Assembly (NCBI RefSeq): GCF_963921235.1
Contig: NC_086097.1
Location: 8,432,001-8,496,000 of the forward strand
Reading direction: 5' to 3'
From: Mobula hypostoma
Lineage: Eukaryota
DNA length: 64,000 bases
A model generated the notes under the pieces. It ran no database searches. It was not told where the DNA came from and saw only the letters and a list, made by a program, of their open reading frames with translations. The position numbers and the translations under genes were made by a program. Within the stretch, counting starts at the first letter, position 1. Each line of letters starts with the position of its first letter. Shown here one piece after another: positions 1 to 11,696 of this stretch.

Positions 1-260
1 AGCAAAAAAAATTCCAGTGAATGGCAGTTCTGTGGGTGAAAGCACCTGGTCAATGAAAGAGGTCAGAGGAAAATGCCAGACTGTTTCGAGCTGACAAGAA
101 GGCAACAGTAATTCAAATAACCACACGTTACAACAGTGGTGTGCAGAAGAACATCTCTGAATGCACATGTTGAAAGTTGAAGTGGATGGACTGACTGCAG
201 CAGCCAAATTTCTCAAATATACAGGCATTAGGTTGTACCTAATAATTTGGCCACTGAATG
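1..260 (+). mobile_element. Tc1-like non-autonomous DNA transposon, right part (cut by window edge)
   Basis: Decayed Tc1 transposase N-terminal coding sequence (KHLVNERGQR..., ADKKATVIQITTRYNSGVQKNISE) followed by terminus acctaataatttggccactgaatg; same family as 6033-6580. Confidence 0.75.
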
Positions 261-837
261 TCTTTAATTATTTATTACAAAGAATTTATGACATATTTGT
301 AGCTATAGCATTTAAAAAAATTTCTTCCCACATCCTTTAGGTGATCCTGGGTTATCCAAAGGGAGATTATTGATCAATTCTTGAACTGGTGTTATTGTTG
401 TTGATTTACTAATCTACTGATTCAAAACTTCTCCCAGGTAAAAGTGTAAAACAGATCACTACCATGCAGTCTGAAGCATGGGTGGGCTGCAGCAGACTGT
501 AGCTCTGAATTTCAGGCCCCAGACACTTGTTTCCCAAACAGACTGTGGTATGCTAACGAACAGTGAGTGATAAGTGACATGGCCTCACTACCACGTCTAT
601 TGACTCAGCTGACTGGACTTGATGAGCAGGAGATTGATTGAGAGCAAAATACTCCTTTGACTAAAAAAAAATAAATAGGAAATAAAATGCACTTCTTAAA
701 AGAAATTCAGATGATAGTGATGATACTTAGAAATTACTGTATATCTAATCACTGATATAACTCTTTGAATACAAAATGTAAAGTTTTGCAGTAGTTCATG
801 AAATGTGCTATAGAAGCCTTGTATTTATCCTCAACAT

Positions 838-1262
838 GGCACAGTAATGTTGGGGTTAGCACAACACTTTACAGTACAGATGCTTTGAGTTGAATTCCCT
901 CAGACGCTGCCTGTAAAAATTTTGTATGTTCTTCCCATGACCGCTTGGGTTTCCTTTAGGTGCTCCAGTTTCCTCGCACTGTCCAAAGATTTACCAGTTG
1001 GTAGGTTAATTGGTCATTGTAAATTGTCCCGTGATTAGCAACACACATCAAAGTTGCTGGTGAACGCAAGAGGCCAGGCAGCATCTCTAGGAGAGGTACA
1101 GTACAGTACAGACTTTGATGTGTGTTGTTTGAACTTCCAGCATCTGCAGAATTCCTTGTGTCCCGTGATTAGTCTAGGATTAAATCTGGGGTTAGCTGGG
1201 TGCTGGAGCTCGATGGGCTGGAAGGGCCTATGCCTCACTGTATCAAGATATAAAAAATAAAT
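838..1262 (+). mobile_element. V-SINE (HE1-like tRNA-derived SINE), interrupted by a Penelope-derived insert
   Basis: tRNA-like head, V-domain core gggtttcctttaggtgctccagtttcctcgcactgtccaaaga, CR1-like tail gggctggaagggcct and A-rich end. Confidence 0.8.
1039..1158. mobile_element. Short Penelope-derived insertion with inverted 5' part and 14-bp target-site duplication
   Basis: tgtcccgtgattag duplicated at 1025-1038 and 1159-1172; caacacacatcaaagt (1039-1054) is inverted at 1112-1127; sequence matches the repeat at 26305-26427. Confidence 0.8.
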
Positions 1263-1299
1263 ACTTGTAGGAGATTACAGCCAGTGAATAACCTGTGAT

Positions 1300-1580
1300 G
1301 CACTGATGCCCAACACTATTACAGCTCAGGGCATTCCAAAGTTTGGAATTCTGTAATTTGCCTTTGTACATCATCCTGTTATCGTCTGGGTTTTCCCCTG
1401 GTGCTCCGATTTTCCTTCACAGTCCAAAAACATACTAGGTAGGTTAATTGGTCATTGTAAACTGTCCCGTGATTAGATTAGGGTTAATTGGGTTTGTCTG
1501 GGGTTGCTTGGGCACTGTGGCTCAAAGAACCAGAAAGGCCTACTCTGTGTTGTAATGCTAAACTATATATAAAAAAACAA
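1300..1580 (+). mobile_element. Degenerate V-SINE
   Basis: V core gggttttcccctggtgctccgattttccttcacagtccaaa and ggttaattggtcattgtaaa block shared with 838-1262. Confidence 0.75.
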
Positions 1581-2034
1581 AATAGAGTCAGATTCAGAAT
1601 CAAGTTTAATATCACTGGCATATGTCAAAAAATTGTTGTTTTGGGGCAGCAGTACAATGCAAATCACAACACAAGGTTTTTAATAGGTTGCAAGCTTATC
1701 CAAGGGACAGCTTGTATAAGAGGAAGGGTGGTTTGTGGAGTGTGTTTGAAAGAGCGGGCCTGGACAGTTGAAAGTGCTTTCTTTGATGAAATCCTTAAAG
1801 TCCTCTGATGGATAAAACAGAACAATATCAGTATCCTCTCACAGGTCAACATCCTCAGCACTGAGGCTCGAAATATATACTCGATCTGCTTCATTAAGAA
1901 GATCTCGTCATTTGCAGGGATGACACCAGAACTCCCCAAACAAAAAAGTTGTTCTGAGCTCCATCTCCAAGCGATTATATGGGAATAAAGAAGCAGCTCA
2001 AGAGTAATCTCAAAACTTCTTTTCAAAAATAACT

Positions 2035-2325
2035 TATTCATTTATTGAGATACAGCATGGAATAGGCCCTTCCAGCCCTTTGAACCGGATTGCCCAGCAA
2101 CCACCCCCCCCCAAGGATTTAATGCTACCCTCATCATGGGACAATTTACAATGACCAATTAACCTACTGACCGGCACATCTTTGGGCTGTGAGAGGAAAC
2201 CTGAGCACCCGGAGAAAACCCAGGGGGTCACGGGAAGAAGGTACAAACTCCTTACAGTTAGTGGTTGGGAGATAACCCGGATCACCTGTACTGTAACTCA
2301 TTCTGGTTACCGTGCCGTCCTTACG
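2035..2325 (-). mobile_element. V-SINE
   Basis: Reverse complement of the V core and of the ggttaattggtcattgtaaattgtccc block. Confidence 0.8.
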
Positions 2326-2399
2326 CCACAAGATAACTCCTGAGAAATCTTGGCCCATTGCAAGTCAAAGTGAGAAAAAAAAGTGTTCAGGCTTCTCAA

Positions 2400-2810
2400 A
2401 GTTCAAAAGTTCAAAGTTAAGGCAAATTTGTTATCAAAGTACATATATGTCATCATATGTAACCCTCAATAAGTCCAAAAAACGCAACAGAATCAATGAA
2501 AGATCTCACCAACAGGGCGGATAACCAATGTGCAAAAGACAGCTGTGCAAATAAAAGAGAAAGAAAAAAAAGATAAATAAATAAAGCAATAAATATCAAA
2601 AACATGAGATGAAGAGACTTTGAATGTGAGTCCTTTGGTAGTGGGTACAGTTTGGTGTTGAGGTATGTAAAGTTAAGTGAAGTTATCACCACTGTTCAAG
2701 GGCCTGATGGTTGAGGGGTAATAATTGTTTTTGAATATGGTGGTGTGAGTCCTGAGGCTCCTGTACCTTCTTCCTGATGACAGCAGTGAGAAGACAGCAT
2801 GGCCTTGATG
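2400..2810 (-). mobile_element. Rex1/Babar-type LINE 3' fragment
   Basis: Minus-strand peptide HQGHAVFSLLSSGRRYRSLRTHTTIFKNNYYPSTIR, then 3' UTR ending gataacaaattt...(ttgaact)n. Confidence 0.7.
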
Positions 2811-3354
2811 ATATAAATTTAACACTATCCAACATGGGCTGAATTCTGTCATTTCATATAATAAACCTGTTATTTTATTCAGCACAAATTAACACAAAAT
2901 TGTTCTGAAGCTTTGTGTTAAAGCAAGCTGCTTGCTATTCATATGGGTGTGAATACTGAAAACAACACAAGTATAAGAAGTGTGAGACTGCCTCACCAGG
3001 AGATACAAATTCACCTCACCTTCAAGCAAAGCTTTCAAAAAGTTCCTAGCCAATTACTTCAAAACCTAACTTTTAATACAGTGTTTTCTGTTTAAAAGAA
3101 AAGAGGAACAAATGGAGACATGGTATTAGCTATTCATAGGAGAGTTTTCAAATCTATTTGGACTTCATTTGGAATCACATGACACGTGCTTCCCAAATGC
3201 CCCTCAATATGGGATTAGAAATGTTATTAATATGTAAATCAGGAACCTTGTAGGCCATTTAGTGTCTCGATCCTTCTCCTGGCTGAGATCTGTCCATGTG
3301 TGTGGGTGAGTGGAAGTGAGGAAATGGGTTTGTTTTGCTGTTGTCATTTTCAAA

Positions 3355-5130
3355 TGTTACAAGGATTTTCTCTGCAGTAATAATGATCAGAGAGGCACAG
3401 AGAGAATCTGTATTTACCGACAAGTACCTTTATTGTCTCAACTGAAGAGCACGTGAATTTACACAACCAGCTACCTGTGTGCATACTTACTAAGTTTCAC
3501 TGACCCTCCATGAATAATCAAAGAACAGAAAAGGTAATACCAGAGAAAGGAGTCTACACTGCCCATGCGTTTCTCATAGTCCTTATCTAATTTCTGAGAT
3601 GGTTGGTCTCTGGAGAGTTATCACTCCTTGGCATTTCAAGCTCTTAACTCTTATAGTGTTTCTCATCTGTCCAAATGATACATTTCAGCCTGTTGTCTGA
3701 AGGTCTTCTCACTTAACGGATTACCCTCTTATTGGCTCTGGTCCAAGGCTTCAACCAGGATTGTTTTGATGGGCCGAATGGCTGACTTCTGCTCCTTTGT
3801 CTTATGGTCTTATGGTGTTTCATGGTCTTTGCCCACAACTTTGTATCTTTGTTCTTTTCGACTCTAACTGGTTCAAGCTAGGCAAACCAGGTAACCCAGA
3901 CACTGAGGCTACGTCCACACTACGCCGGATAATTTTGAAAACAAAGCTTTTTCTCTTCATTTTGACCTTCCATCCACACTGAAACGGTGTTTTCATCCCC
4001 CGAAAATGGTGATTTTCAGAAACGGTCTCCAGAGTGAATCTGAAAACGCCTAATATCCGTTGCAGTGTATACAGGGTAACCGGAGCTTTTTAAAATCGCT
4101 GTCATGACGTGCCGGAACAGATGGCGGCAGCGCGGCATTTCATTGTTTTCTTCTTATTATTATTACTACTTTATTGTTGCCAAACAATTGATACTAGAGC
4201 GTACAATCATCACAGCGATATTTGATTCTGCACTTCGCAGAACCTAACAATTTCAGAACAGACGGCAACAAGACTGAAGCCAGAAGAGTTAGAAATGTAC
4301 TCACCAAATACTCTGACCCATAGCTTACTGAATAAATAAGTATACTCACTTTGCCCTGTTTTCTGTCCTTGCTTGTATGAAGGTGGTTTACCTATTTATG
4401 CAAGTACTTCTCTGACAATAGATGTGTAACAGCCTAATGTAACATTGTATGGAAATACAAGATAACACTGATGCAGACATGTTTTATACATTTAATAAGG
4501 TGCTTTATTAATGCAACAGAGTTAGTCAGTTTTTCAATGTTCCTCGTCAGCAGGGTCATACTGTCCGTGAACTCCCTCTCAGTTGCCTCCATATGCTCCA
4601 GTATTTGTTTTTTTAGTTTTAAGTCCTCCTGTGCGAGAGGCAAGAGCAATTCCTTTTAAGTTTTCCTACTCTGTACCTGGACAAACGCGCACTAAGTATA
4701 CCGTTTCCTCTTCGCTTGTTTTCTGTGTATCCTGCACATGCCCAGTAGGAGGAGATTCGCCCAAATATCCATCTAATGTGGACAGAGATATTTTGAAAAT
4801 GCTTAGTGTGGACGCCCGTCGTTTTTACTTGAAACTGGCGTTTTCAAAATTATCTGGCGTAGTGTGGACGTTACCTGAGTCTAATGAGATTACAGATAGC
4901 TTTTCCTGCAAGTGTCCTACTTTACATATAAGATAGCTATTCATCTGAGAATGGTCTTAGGTTTAGCAGGTCATTAGCTGAAATTCCTTGTATCCATATT
5001 TAATTACTGTGATTAAGTTATCCCGGAGCAAGAATCAGTTTGTTAAACAGTTCACACAGAGGGAGGGTAGGGTGGTGGCCGGTTGCAAGGACAGTCTCAC
5101 AACATGGCTGCCTCCGTTCCTGTACATTGA
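3355..5130 (-). mobile_element. Possible solo-LTR-like element interrupted by a CR1 tail (3765-3815) and the Harbinger element
   Basis: Left edge tgttac and minus-strand AATAAA near 3430; right boundary and TSD not resolved. Confidence 0.3.
3907..4875. mobile_element. Non-autonomous PIF/Harbinger DNA transposon
   Basis: 36-bp TIRs ggctacgtccacactacgccggataattttgaaaac (3 mismatches between ends), 3-bp TSD TGA at 3904-3906 and 4876-4878; residual coiled-coil-like ORF 4434-4649 (-). Confidence 0.9.
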
Positions 5131-6032
5131 TTTTTATTCTTTCTGGCCAATAAAAGTGCAAAGTACAATTTTAAGCAAGGTATGTTTACAGAATACAACT
5201 CTGAGATTCACCCTCCCAAAGGCAGCCATGAAACAAACACCATGGAATCCATTCAAGAGAACACCTAATGTGTGAAAAAAGAACAAATTGTGCAAATGGG
5301 AAAAAACAAGTGAACCACACATAGAATATCAAACATCAGACCACCAGGAATCCAACAGTATTCAGTTTAGTTCAGTTCAGCGTCACGCCGCTAGCCCATA
5401 GGAGGCTGCAGGAAAAAGCATTCCTTGCGGAAGTGCCCCAGACTGCATCGATCAATCCGATCAAAGGCAGCAGAGAAAAGAGCACCCGGAATCCAGGAAC
5501 ATGCAACATTTCGTCGCTTGTTGTTCTGTGCTGTTCTGCTGAGCATTGTAGGACGCTATGTTGGCACTGGAATGTGTGGCGACATTTGCAGGCTGAGCCC
5601 AGCACATGCTTAGGTTGTGTAGGTTGTTAACACAGACGATGCATTTCATTCTATGTTTCAATGTACATGTGATAAATCAATCTAAATCTGAATCTGAATC
5701 AGCTCCACATTGTCCATGGTAAGCTTTCCTTTTGGAATATATCTGCCTCTACCTTAAAACCATTGAAAGGTTCTGCTTTCACTGAGTCACTTGCTTCCGA
5801 TGCCACATCATATCATCTTGTCTTCAGATTTCCTCAGTCTCCTACATTGCATTGCTGAACGATTATTTTTTGTTATACCGCAATATTCTCTTTAGCCCAG
5901 TACACTTGGCAAATTATAATCCTCAGGGCAGTGTAGCTAAGCTTGTTAGTGACCTACACACCTGTGCTAATACAGGAAAGATGTTTGATTCTGTTGTTCA
6001 GTTGCATAAACAAAAGTGTTCTTTACCACTTA

Positions 6033-6580
6033 CACTCAGTGGCTACATACCTAATAAATTGGCCGCTCAGTATATGTTCAGGATCTTCTCCTGCTGTAGC
6101 CCATCCACTTCTCAGTTCAATATGTTGTGCATTCAGATATCCTTCTGCATACCACTGTTGTAATGTATGGTTATTTGAGTTACTGTCAGTTTCCTGTGAA
6201 CTTGAAGCAGTCTGGCTATTCCCTGACCTCTCTCAATAACAAGGTGTTTTCAGACACAGAACAACTGCTCACTAGAAGTTTGCTTTCTGCCTTTCACACC
6301 ATTCTCTGTAAACACCTAGAGGCTGTTCTGCATAAGACTCCCAGGAGATCAGCTGTTCCTGAGATACTCAAACCACCCCGTCTGGCACCAACAATAATTC
6401 CACAGTCAAAGTCACTTGATCATTTTTCTTCCCTATTCTAATGTTTGATCTGAATAACTGAACCTCTTGACCATGTCTGCATACTTTTATACATTGAGCT
6501 GCTGCCACATGATTGGCTTATTAGATATATGTATTAACATACATGTGTACAGCTGTACCTAATAAAGTGACTACTGAGTG
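6033..6580 (-). mobile_element. Tc1-like non-autonomous element (548 bp)
   Basis: TA|cactcagtgg ... ctactgagtg|TA termini; interior is the reverse complement of the transposase remnant at 1-200. Confidence 0.85.
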
Positions 6581-7337
6581 TATTTGGTGCTCTATGGAAG
6601 GTTAAGAGCAAAGATCTCAAGTGGTGTGTGATTTCTATGCACAAACCATTCTTTTGTGTGTACACAGGCGTAACATCTCCAGATCAAGGACTACAGCATC
6701 TCCCTCTCAATTTGAGCTCTGCTCTGCTTGTGCAGTGTATTAACTAACTCCTGGAATTGGGAGTTTTTCTCATAAGGAATAATTGGAAGACTATATTTAT
6801 TTCTGCTGGAACTTAGGAGAGTGAGGTGGGCTTGATTGAAACATTTAAGATCCTGAGAGCAGAACAACTACTCTAAGTTAACATATTCCTACATATTACC
6901 TACATACAGCCTTGGTTAGAACATCTACCTGCAGTGTCTGCTCCTTCTTATTAAAACATTGCCAGCAACAGTTGCTACTCTAACTGTCCCTGTAAGGTTT
7001 TTGAATGTTTGCTCAAGAACTTCCAATGTTCACCATTCCACTTCCTTTCTTGGTCACTTTGGCTCAACAGGAAATTGTTCTGATACCAGCATCAGAATCA
7101 GGTTTAACATCATCAGCGTACATCATGAAATTTGTTGTCATTGCAGCAGCAGTACAATGAAATACATAACAATAGAGAGAAAAAAACTGTGAAGTACAGT
7201 AAGTATATATAAATAGCTAAACTAAGTTTTGCAAAAGTAAAAATAAAAAAATAGTGAGGTAGTGCCCATGGGTTCAACGTCCATTCAGAAATCTGATGAC
7301 AGAAGTGAAGAATTCCCCCATCATTGGAATCATTTTC

Positions 7338-7414
7338 TACACACACACACACACACACACTCACTCACTAACACACACACACACACACTCACACATATAC
7401 AAACACACACTCGC

Positions 7415-7454
<40 letters not shown>

Positions 7455-7470
7455 ACACAAACATACACAG
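7338..7470. repeat. Imperfect (CA)n microsatellite
   Basis: Direct reading. Confidence 0.95.
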
Positions 7471-8054
7471 GAAAACACATGTATATGTTTGTGGTATATA
7501 TTTACAACAAATTTCATGCCATTTGCCAGTGATATTAGACCTGATTCTGATTCTGATATTGTGCTAAGTCTATACGTCAAATCTGAATAATGTCTACCAG
7601 AAGCACAACAGTTAAAAGGGAACAAAGTCTTTTCTTTTGATGGTAGGATTTTGTGTAAAGTAATAGGATGAGACAGAGTAATCCCAGTGGTGGTCTCTCC
7701 CAGTTCCATCAGAAGGATTCTCTGGGATGTATTAAACTTTTATTTTTTAGCTGTCACATTTTAAATTGTCTTGTCAGAGAAGATTTTTTTCTTTTGATGA
7801 GAAGGATGCATTTTGTCACATGTCCAATTCCAAGCCAAGGAAATTATTCTGACTTCAACCACAATGAATCACTTTTGAAATTGACATTTCAAAGTGGAAC
7901 AATGCAATTTAACTTCACAAACAGGTGAAGATTCTTACAAAAAATGGCATTGATAGCTTGAAAGATGTTTAATACAATTTCTGCTGGTGAATATTGTGTA
8001 TTATCCAGTTGGACAGATAGGAAAATGTAAGGTACCCATAAACTCTAGCTCATA

Positions 8055-8258
8055 AACAAGAAAAAATCTGCAGATGCTGGAAATCCAAACCACACACACA
8101 AAATGCTGGAGGAACTCAGCAGGACAGGCAGCATCTGCAGAAAAATGGTACGGACATCTAAGGACATCCTGATGAAGGGTTTCGGCCTGAAACAGCAACT
8201 GTTTCTTCTTTTCCATAGATTCTGTCTTGCCTGCTGAGTTCCTCCAGCATTTTGAGTG
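8055..8258. mobile_element. Penelope-derived fold-back repeat containing a hammerhead core
   Basis: caaaatgctggaggaactcagcagg (~8100-8124) inverted at ~8230-8254; ctgatga-agggtttcggcct-gaaa at 8169-8192. Confidence 0.75.
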
Positions 8259-8439
8259 CATTACATAAACCAAAGGGGAAAATTTTTCTCAAGTTCACTG
8301 AACTGTTCCCACAGCCTATGAACTCTCTTTCAAGGATGCTTTGTCTCACGTTCTCAATATTAATTGTTTATTTATTATTTTCATCATTATTGTATTTTAA
8401 TTTTTTTCTTGGCTCAAGCCTAGTGAAACCTGAGGTATG

Positions 8440-8840
8440 AGCATAGCCAAGAACACTCATTTCTCAATTGGTAGGAACTTTCAGACTATTCTAGTGGTGT
8501 TTAGTATTGTGGCTTTTGGGAGATTTAAATAAATATTGCTGTATAGGCCTATTTGTTTAATGCTATTGTGTAGTGACTTTGGGATGATACCAGTTGTAGA
8601 TATTACTATTGGGACAATGTGTACCTTGTTCATGTTCCATAGTCTTTCAATTTCCTCCTTTAATTCTGCATATTTCTGGTGTTTTTTCTCAATGATTTCT
8701 GTAAGTTATGTGTGTTTGGAATGGCTATATCTACTAAGTAAGCTGTTCTTGCTTGTTTATCCTTTAATATTATATCTGGACAGTTATTATGGATTGTCCT
8801 GTCTGTAATATTGGATCAGACATAATATAATTTGTAGGAC
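8440..8840 (-). mobile_element. R4/Dong-clade non-LTR retrotransposon 3' fragment (restriction-like endonuclease); continues at 11651-11695
   Basis: Minus-strand translation ITDRTIHNNCPDIILKDKQARTAYLVDIAIPNTHN...KHQKYAELKEEIERLWNMNKVHIVPIVISTTGIIPK carries the PD..D..K/KY RLE signature; upstream YYKYKPDPVL lies beyond the CR1 insertion. Confidence 0.8.
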
Positions 8841-11650
8841 CATAAGACCAAGGAGCAGAAGTCGGCCATTCGGCCGATTGATTCTGCTCTGCCATTTTAT
8901 CATGAGCTGATCCATTCTCCCATTTAGTCCCACTCCCCCGCCTTCTCACCATAACTTTTGATGCCCTGGCTACTCAGATACCTATCAATCTCTGCCTTAA
9001 ATACACTCAATGACTTGGACTCCACTGCTGCCCGTGGCAACAAATTCTATAGATTCACCACCCTTTGAGTAAAAAAAAATTCTTCGCATTTCTGTTCTGA
9101 ATGGGCGCCCTTCAATCCTTAAGTCATGCCCTCTCGTACTAGACTCCACTATCATGGGAAACAACTTTGCCACATTTCACTCTGTCCATGCCTTTCAACA
9201 TTCGAAATGTTTCTATGAGGTCTGCCCTCATTCTTCTAAACTCCAAAGAATACAGTCCAAGAGCGGACAAACGTTCCTCATATGTTAACCCTCTCATTCC
9301 CGGAATCATTCTAATGAATCTTCTCTGTACCATCTCCAACGTCAGCACATCCTTACTTAAATAAGGAGACCAAAACTGCCCACAGTACTCCAAGTGAGGT
9401 GTCACCAGCGCCTTATAGAGCCTCAACATCACATCCCTGCTCCTATACTCTATTCCTCTAGAAATGAATTCCAACATTGCATTCGCCTTCCTCACTACCG
9501 ACTCAACCTGGAGGTTAACCTTAAGGGAATCCTGTACGAGGACTCCCAAGTCCCGTTGCATCTCAGAACTTTGAATTCTTTCTCCATTTAAATAATAGTC
9601 TGCCCATTTATTTCTTCTGCCAAAGTGCATAACTATACACTTTCCAACATTGTATTTCATTTGCCACTTCTTTGCCCATTCTTCCAATCTATCAAAGTCT
9701 CTCTGCAGACTCTCCGTTTCCTCAGCACTACCGGCCCCTCCACCTATCTTCTTATCGTCAGCAAATTTAGCCACAAAGCCACCTATTCCATAATCCAAAT
9801 CGTTGATATACAATGTAAAAAGAAGCGGCCCCAACACGGACCCCTGTGGAACACCACTGGTAACTGGCAGCCAACCAGAATGGGATCCCTTTATTCTCAC
9901 TCTCTGTTTCCTGCCAATCAGCCAACGCTCTATCCAGGTATGTAACTTTCCCGTAATTCCATGGGCTCTTATCTTGTTAAGTAGCCTCATGTGTGGCACC
10001 TTGTCAAAGGCCTTCTGAAAATCCAAATATACAACATCCACTGCATCTCCCTTGTCTGGCCTACTGGTAATTTCCTCAAAAAATTGTAATAAGTTTGTCA
10101 GGCAGGATTTTCCTTTAAGGAATCCATGCTGAGTTCTGCCTATCTTGTCATATGCCTCCAGGTACTCTGTAACCTCATCCTTGACAATCGACTCCAACAA
10201 CTTCCCAACCACGGATGTTAAGCTAACAGGTCTATAATTTCCTTTTTGCTTCCTTGCCCCCTTCTTAAATAGCGGAGTGGCATTTGCAATCTTCCAGTCC
10301 TCCAGAACCATGCCAGAATCTATCAACTTTTGAAAGATTATCACTAATGCCTCTGCAATCTCCACAGCTACTTCCTTCAGAACACGCGGATGCATTCCAT
10401 CTGGTCCGGGAGATTTATCTACCTTTAGACTATTCAGCTTCCTGAGTACTTTCTCTGTCGTAATTGTGACTGCGCATACTTCGCTTCCCTGCCACCCTTG
10501 AGTGTCCGGTATACTGCTGATGTCTTCCTCAGTGAAGACCGATGCAAAATTCTCGTTCAGTTCCTCTGCCATCTCCTTATCTCCCATTACAATTTCTCCA
10601 GCATCATTTTCTATCGGTCCTATATCTACTCTCACCTGTCTTTTACTCTTTATATACTTGAAAAAGCTTTTAGTATCCTCTTTGATATTATTTGCTAGCT
10701 TCCTTTCATAGTTAATCTTTTCCCTCCTAATGACCTTCTTAGTTTCCTTTTGTAAGGTTTTAAAAACTTCCCAATCCTCTGTCTTCCCACTAATTTTTGC
10801 TTCCTTGTATGCCCTCTCCTTTGCTTTAACTTTGTCTTTGACTTCTCTTGTCAGCCACGGTTGCATCCTTTTTCCATTCGAAAATTTCTTCTTTTTTGGA
10901 ATATACCTGTCTTGCACCTTCCTCATTTCTTGCATAAACTCCAACCACTGCCGCTCTGCCGTCTTTCCCACCAGTGTCCCTTTCCAATCAACTTTGGCCA
11001 GTTCCTCTGTCATGCCACTGTAATTTCCTTTACTCCACTGAAATATCGATACATCAGATTTCGGCTTCTCTTTTTCAAATTTTACAGTGAACTTGATCAT
11101 GTTATGATCACTGTCTCCCAAGGGTTCCTTCACCTCAATCTCTCTAATCAGCTCCGGTTCATTACACAATACCCAATCCAGTACAGCTGATCCCCTAGTG
11201 GGCTCAACAACAAGCTGTTCTAAAAAGCCATCTCGCAGACATTCTACAAATTCTCTCTCTTGAGATCCAGTGCCGACCTGATTTTCCCAATCCACTCGCA
11301 TGTTAAAATCCCCCACAATTATCATAACACTGCCCTTCTGACAAGCCTTTTCTATTTCCTGTTGTAATTTGTAGTCCACATCCCTGCAGCTGTTCGGAGG
11401 CCTATAAATAACTGCCATCAGGGTCCTTTTACCCCTGCGATTTCTTAGCTCAACCCATGAAGATTCTGCACCTTCCGATCCTATATCACCTCTTTCTAAT
11501 GATTTAATATCATTTCTTACCAATAAAGCCATGCCTCCCCCTCTGCCTACCTTCCTATCCTTCCGATACACCGTGTGTCCTTGGATGTTCAGCTCCCAGA
11601 GACCTGCATCCTTTAGCCACATCACAGTGATGGCCACAATATCACACCCT
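8841..11650 (-). mobile_element. 5'-truncated CR1-clade LINE inserted in the R4 fragment
   Basis: APE+RT ORF, 3' UTR and tcttatg-type tail; flanked by gac (8838-8840, 11651-11653). Confidence 0.95.
9139..11637 (-). pseudogene. CR1 ORF2 (AP endonuclease-reverse transcriptase), 832 aa open but disabled
   Basis: [41 protein letters not shown] motifs; N-terminal NxRS motif missing, ITETWL changed to ITVMWL, C-terminal frameshift. Confidence 0.9.
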
Positions 11651-11696
11651 GACTCTGACCCTAAAACTGGATCAGGCTTGTATTTATAGTAAGCTA

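Noticed and set aside
341..437. Possible exon bounded by tttag and cag/gtaaaa
   Set aside because: All three plus-strand frames contain stops; no support beyond splice-like ends.
560..612. GATA plus TGACTCAGC (AP-1/MARE) motif pair
   Set aside because: Two short motifs are expected by chance in 64 kb; no other support.
7296..7532. His/Thr-rich ORF
   Set aside because: Translation of a (CA)n microsatellite.
9139..11637. 832-aa ORF as an active or domesticated RT gene
   Set aside because: 5'-truncated, endonuclease metal-binding Glu lost, C-terminal frameshift, and embedded in an ordinary CR1 copy.
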